Of a stretch of 64,000 nucleotides of DNA, positions 63,601 to 64,000 are shown piece after piece. The DNA comes from Gordius albopunctatus. Lineage: Eukaryota. Under the pieces are notes generated by a model, which saw only the letters and a list, made by a program, of their open reading frames with translations, made no database searches and was not told the DNA's origin. The stretch lies in the NCBI GenBank assembly GCA_964276515.1, contig OZ193910.1, positions 3,968,001 to 4,032,000 of the forward strand. The letters are read 5' to 3'. Within the stretch, counting starts at the first letter, position 1, and the number at the start of each line of letters is the position of its first letter. The position numbers were made by a program, and so were the translations under genes.

Positions 63601-64000
63601 CAAGCGTGGGCGTGGCCAGGATTGGAATGAGGGGGGGGAGGGGGGGGGCAATAATGATTTTGAGAGGGGCAAAATGATAATTTTTGTGTGTGTAATTTTA
63701 GTCATAATTATTTTAAAGTTTGAGGAGTTTCTGGCTCCCCGCCACCCCTCGGCTAAGCCCATGTACACAAGCCTTTAAATAAATTGGAGCTCTAAAGACA
63801 TCGACTAATTTTAAGGCTCGAAAATTGGTATCTCTTTTGCATTTTTGTGGAAACAGTTGGTGAATTGGATCATTTCTACGGGCATCGGCAAAAGAAAAGC
63901 TCTTCGACGCAATTAGCCGAGCTCCTGGCCGGGGTAGGTACGACGGCCACCGAAATTATGGACACGCTCGTTAATGTGTACGGTAGTTTGGGGATGTTTG
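54000..64000 (+). CDS. ANAPC2: Anaphase-promoting complex subunit 2 (cullin-like), 3' part outside window
   Basis: Exons 54000-54258, 54296-54344, 54385-54514, 54552-54689, 56752-56932, 59317-59428, 60695-60876, 61709-62035, 63857->64000. Motifs YLNLRFQQ|IFQTIILYPESMPTLKDLK, RLLHPG|VQTRDILTAY...LDP, YLKRRPDTIKWLVTSLT, WKPLP, EIMDTLVNVYGS match APC2. Confidence 0.92.
56752..56932 (+). CDS. ANAPC2: ANAPC2 exon
   Basis: IFQTIILYPESMPTLKDLKRYL...NRLLHPG. Confidence 0.9.
58095..58580. mobile_element. Long-TIR foldback-like element in an ANAPC2 intron
   Basis: AGCGAAAAAAAGCGAAGT...GCTAATTTATCAAACT mirrored by AGTTTGATAAATTAGC...TTTTTTCGCT. Confidence 0.55.
59021..59170. mobile_element. MITE family A copy
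   Basis: Family TIRs; flanked by direct repeat ACCACGTTCA. Confidence 0.8.
59317..59428 (+). CDS. ANAPC2: ANAPC2 exon
   Basis: GVQTRDILTAYVSTMKVIRMLDPIMVPIVTESFQTYLK. Confidence 0.9.
59436..59602. mobile_element. MITE family A copy at an ANAPC2 splice donor
   Basis: CATGGACGTAGCC...GGCTGCGCCCATG; flanks AGTATTTA/AGTATGTA. Confidence 0.8.
59920..60583. mobile_element. PIF/Harbinger MITE (related to 30456-30735) with an internal insertion
   Basis: TIR GGGCTTCTCTTAATATCGGATT; TAA TSD. Confidence 0.8.
60695..60876 (+). CDS. ANAPC2: ANAPC2 exon
   Basis: RRPDTIKWLVTSLT...; donor position tentative. Confidence 0.8.
61709..62035 (+). CDS. ANAPC2: ANAPC2 exon
   Basis: Acidic linker then RWKPLPRYA; A|GTAAGT donor. 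Confidence 0.8.
63605..63763. mobile_element. MITE family A copy
   Basis: Family TIRs and core sequence. Confidence 0.75.
63857..64000 (+). CDS. ANAPC2: ANAPC2 exon (start of cullin-homology region)
   Basis: ATEIMDTLVNVYGSLGMF resembles SDIISLLVSIYGSKDLF. Confidence 0.88.

Overview
AT-rich eukaryotic (invertebrate animal) genomic DNA, not prokaryotic; no CRISPR, rRNA or tRNA was seen. Three spliced genes can be rebuilt from GT-AG sites and phase logic. (1) A netrin receptor unc-5/UNC5 on the minus strand (Ig-Ig-TSP1-TSP1-TM-cytoplasmic), running off the left edge; its first exon was not found. (2) A complete Mediator subunit MED17 (+, 44991-52890). (3) The APC/C subunit ANAPC2 (+, 54000 to beyond the right edge). 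There is also an intronless, very divergent 7TM GPCR-like gene (37516-38550, -) and a possible small compact gene or pseudogene (39819-40257, -). Much of the rest is transposon-derived: two RTE-clade LINEs, about 30 copies of a GC-rich hAT-type MITE, other hAT/Harbinger/Mutator-type non-autonomous elements with visible TSDs, a non-autonomous Helitron, and a 5-kb four-level nested insertion. The most unusual signals are: clusters of 33-45 nt introns, three of them consecutive, in-frame and stop-free; a repeated 5' AT-rich/compact to 3' GC-richer/expanded polarity within genes; and a MITE whose TSD duplicates a splice donor. Gene identities rest on my recall of homologous protein motifs, not on database searches.
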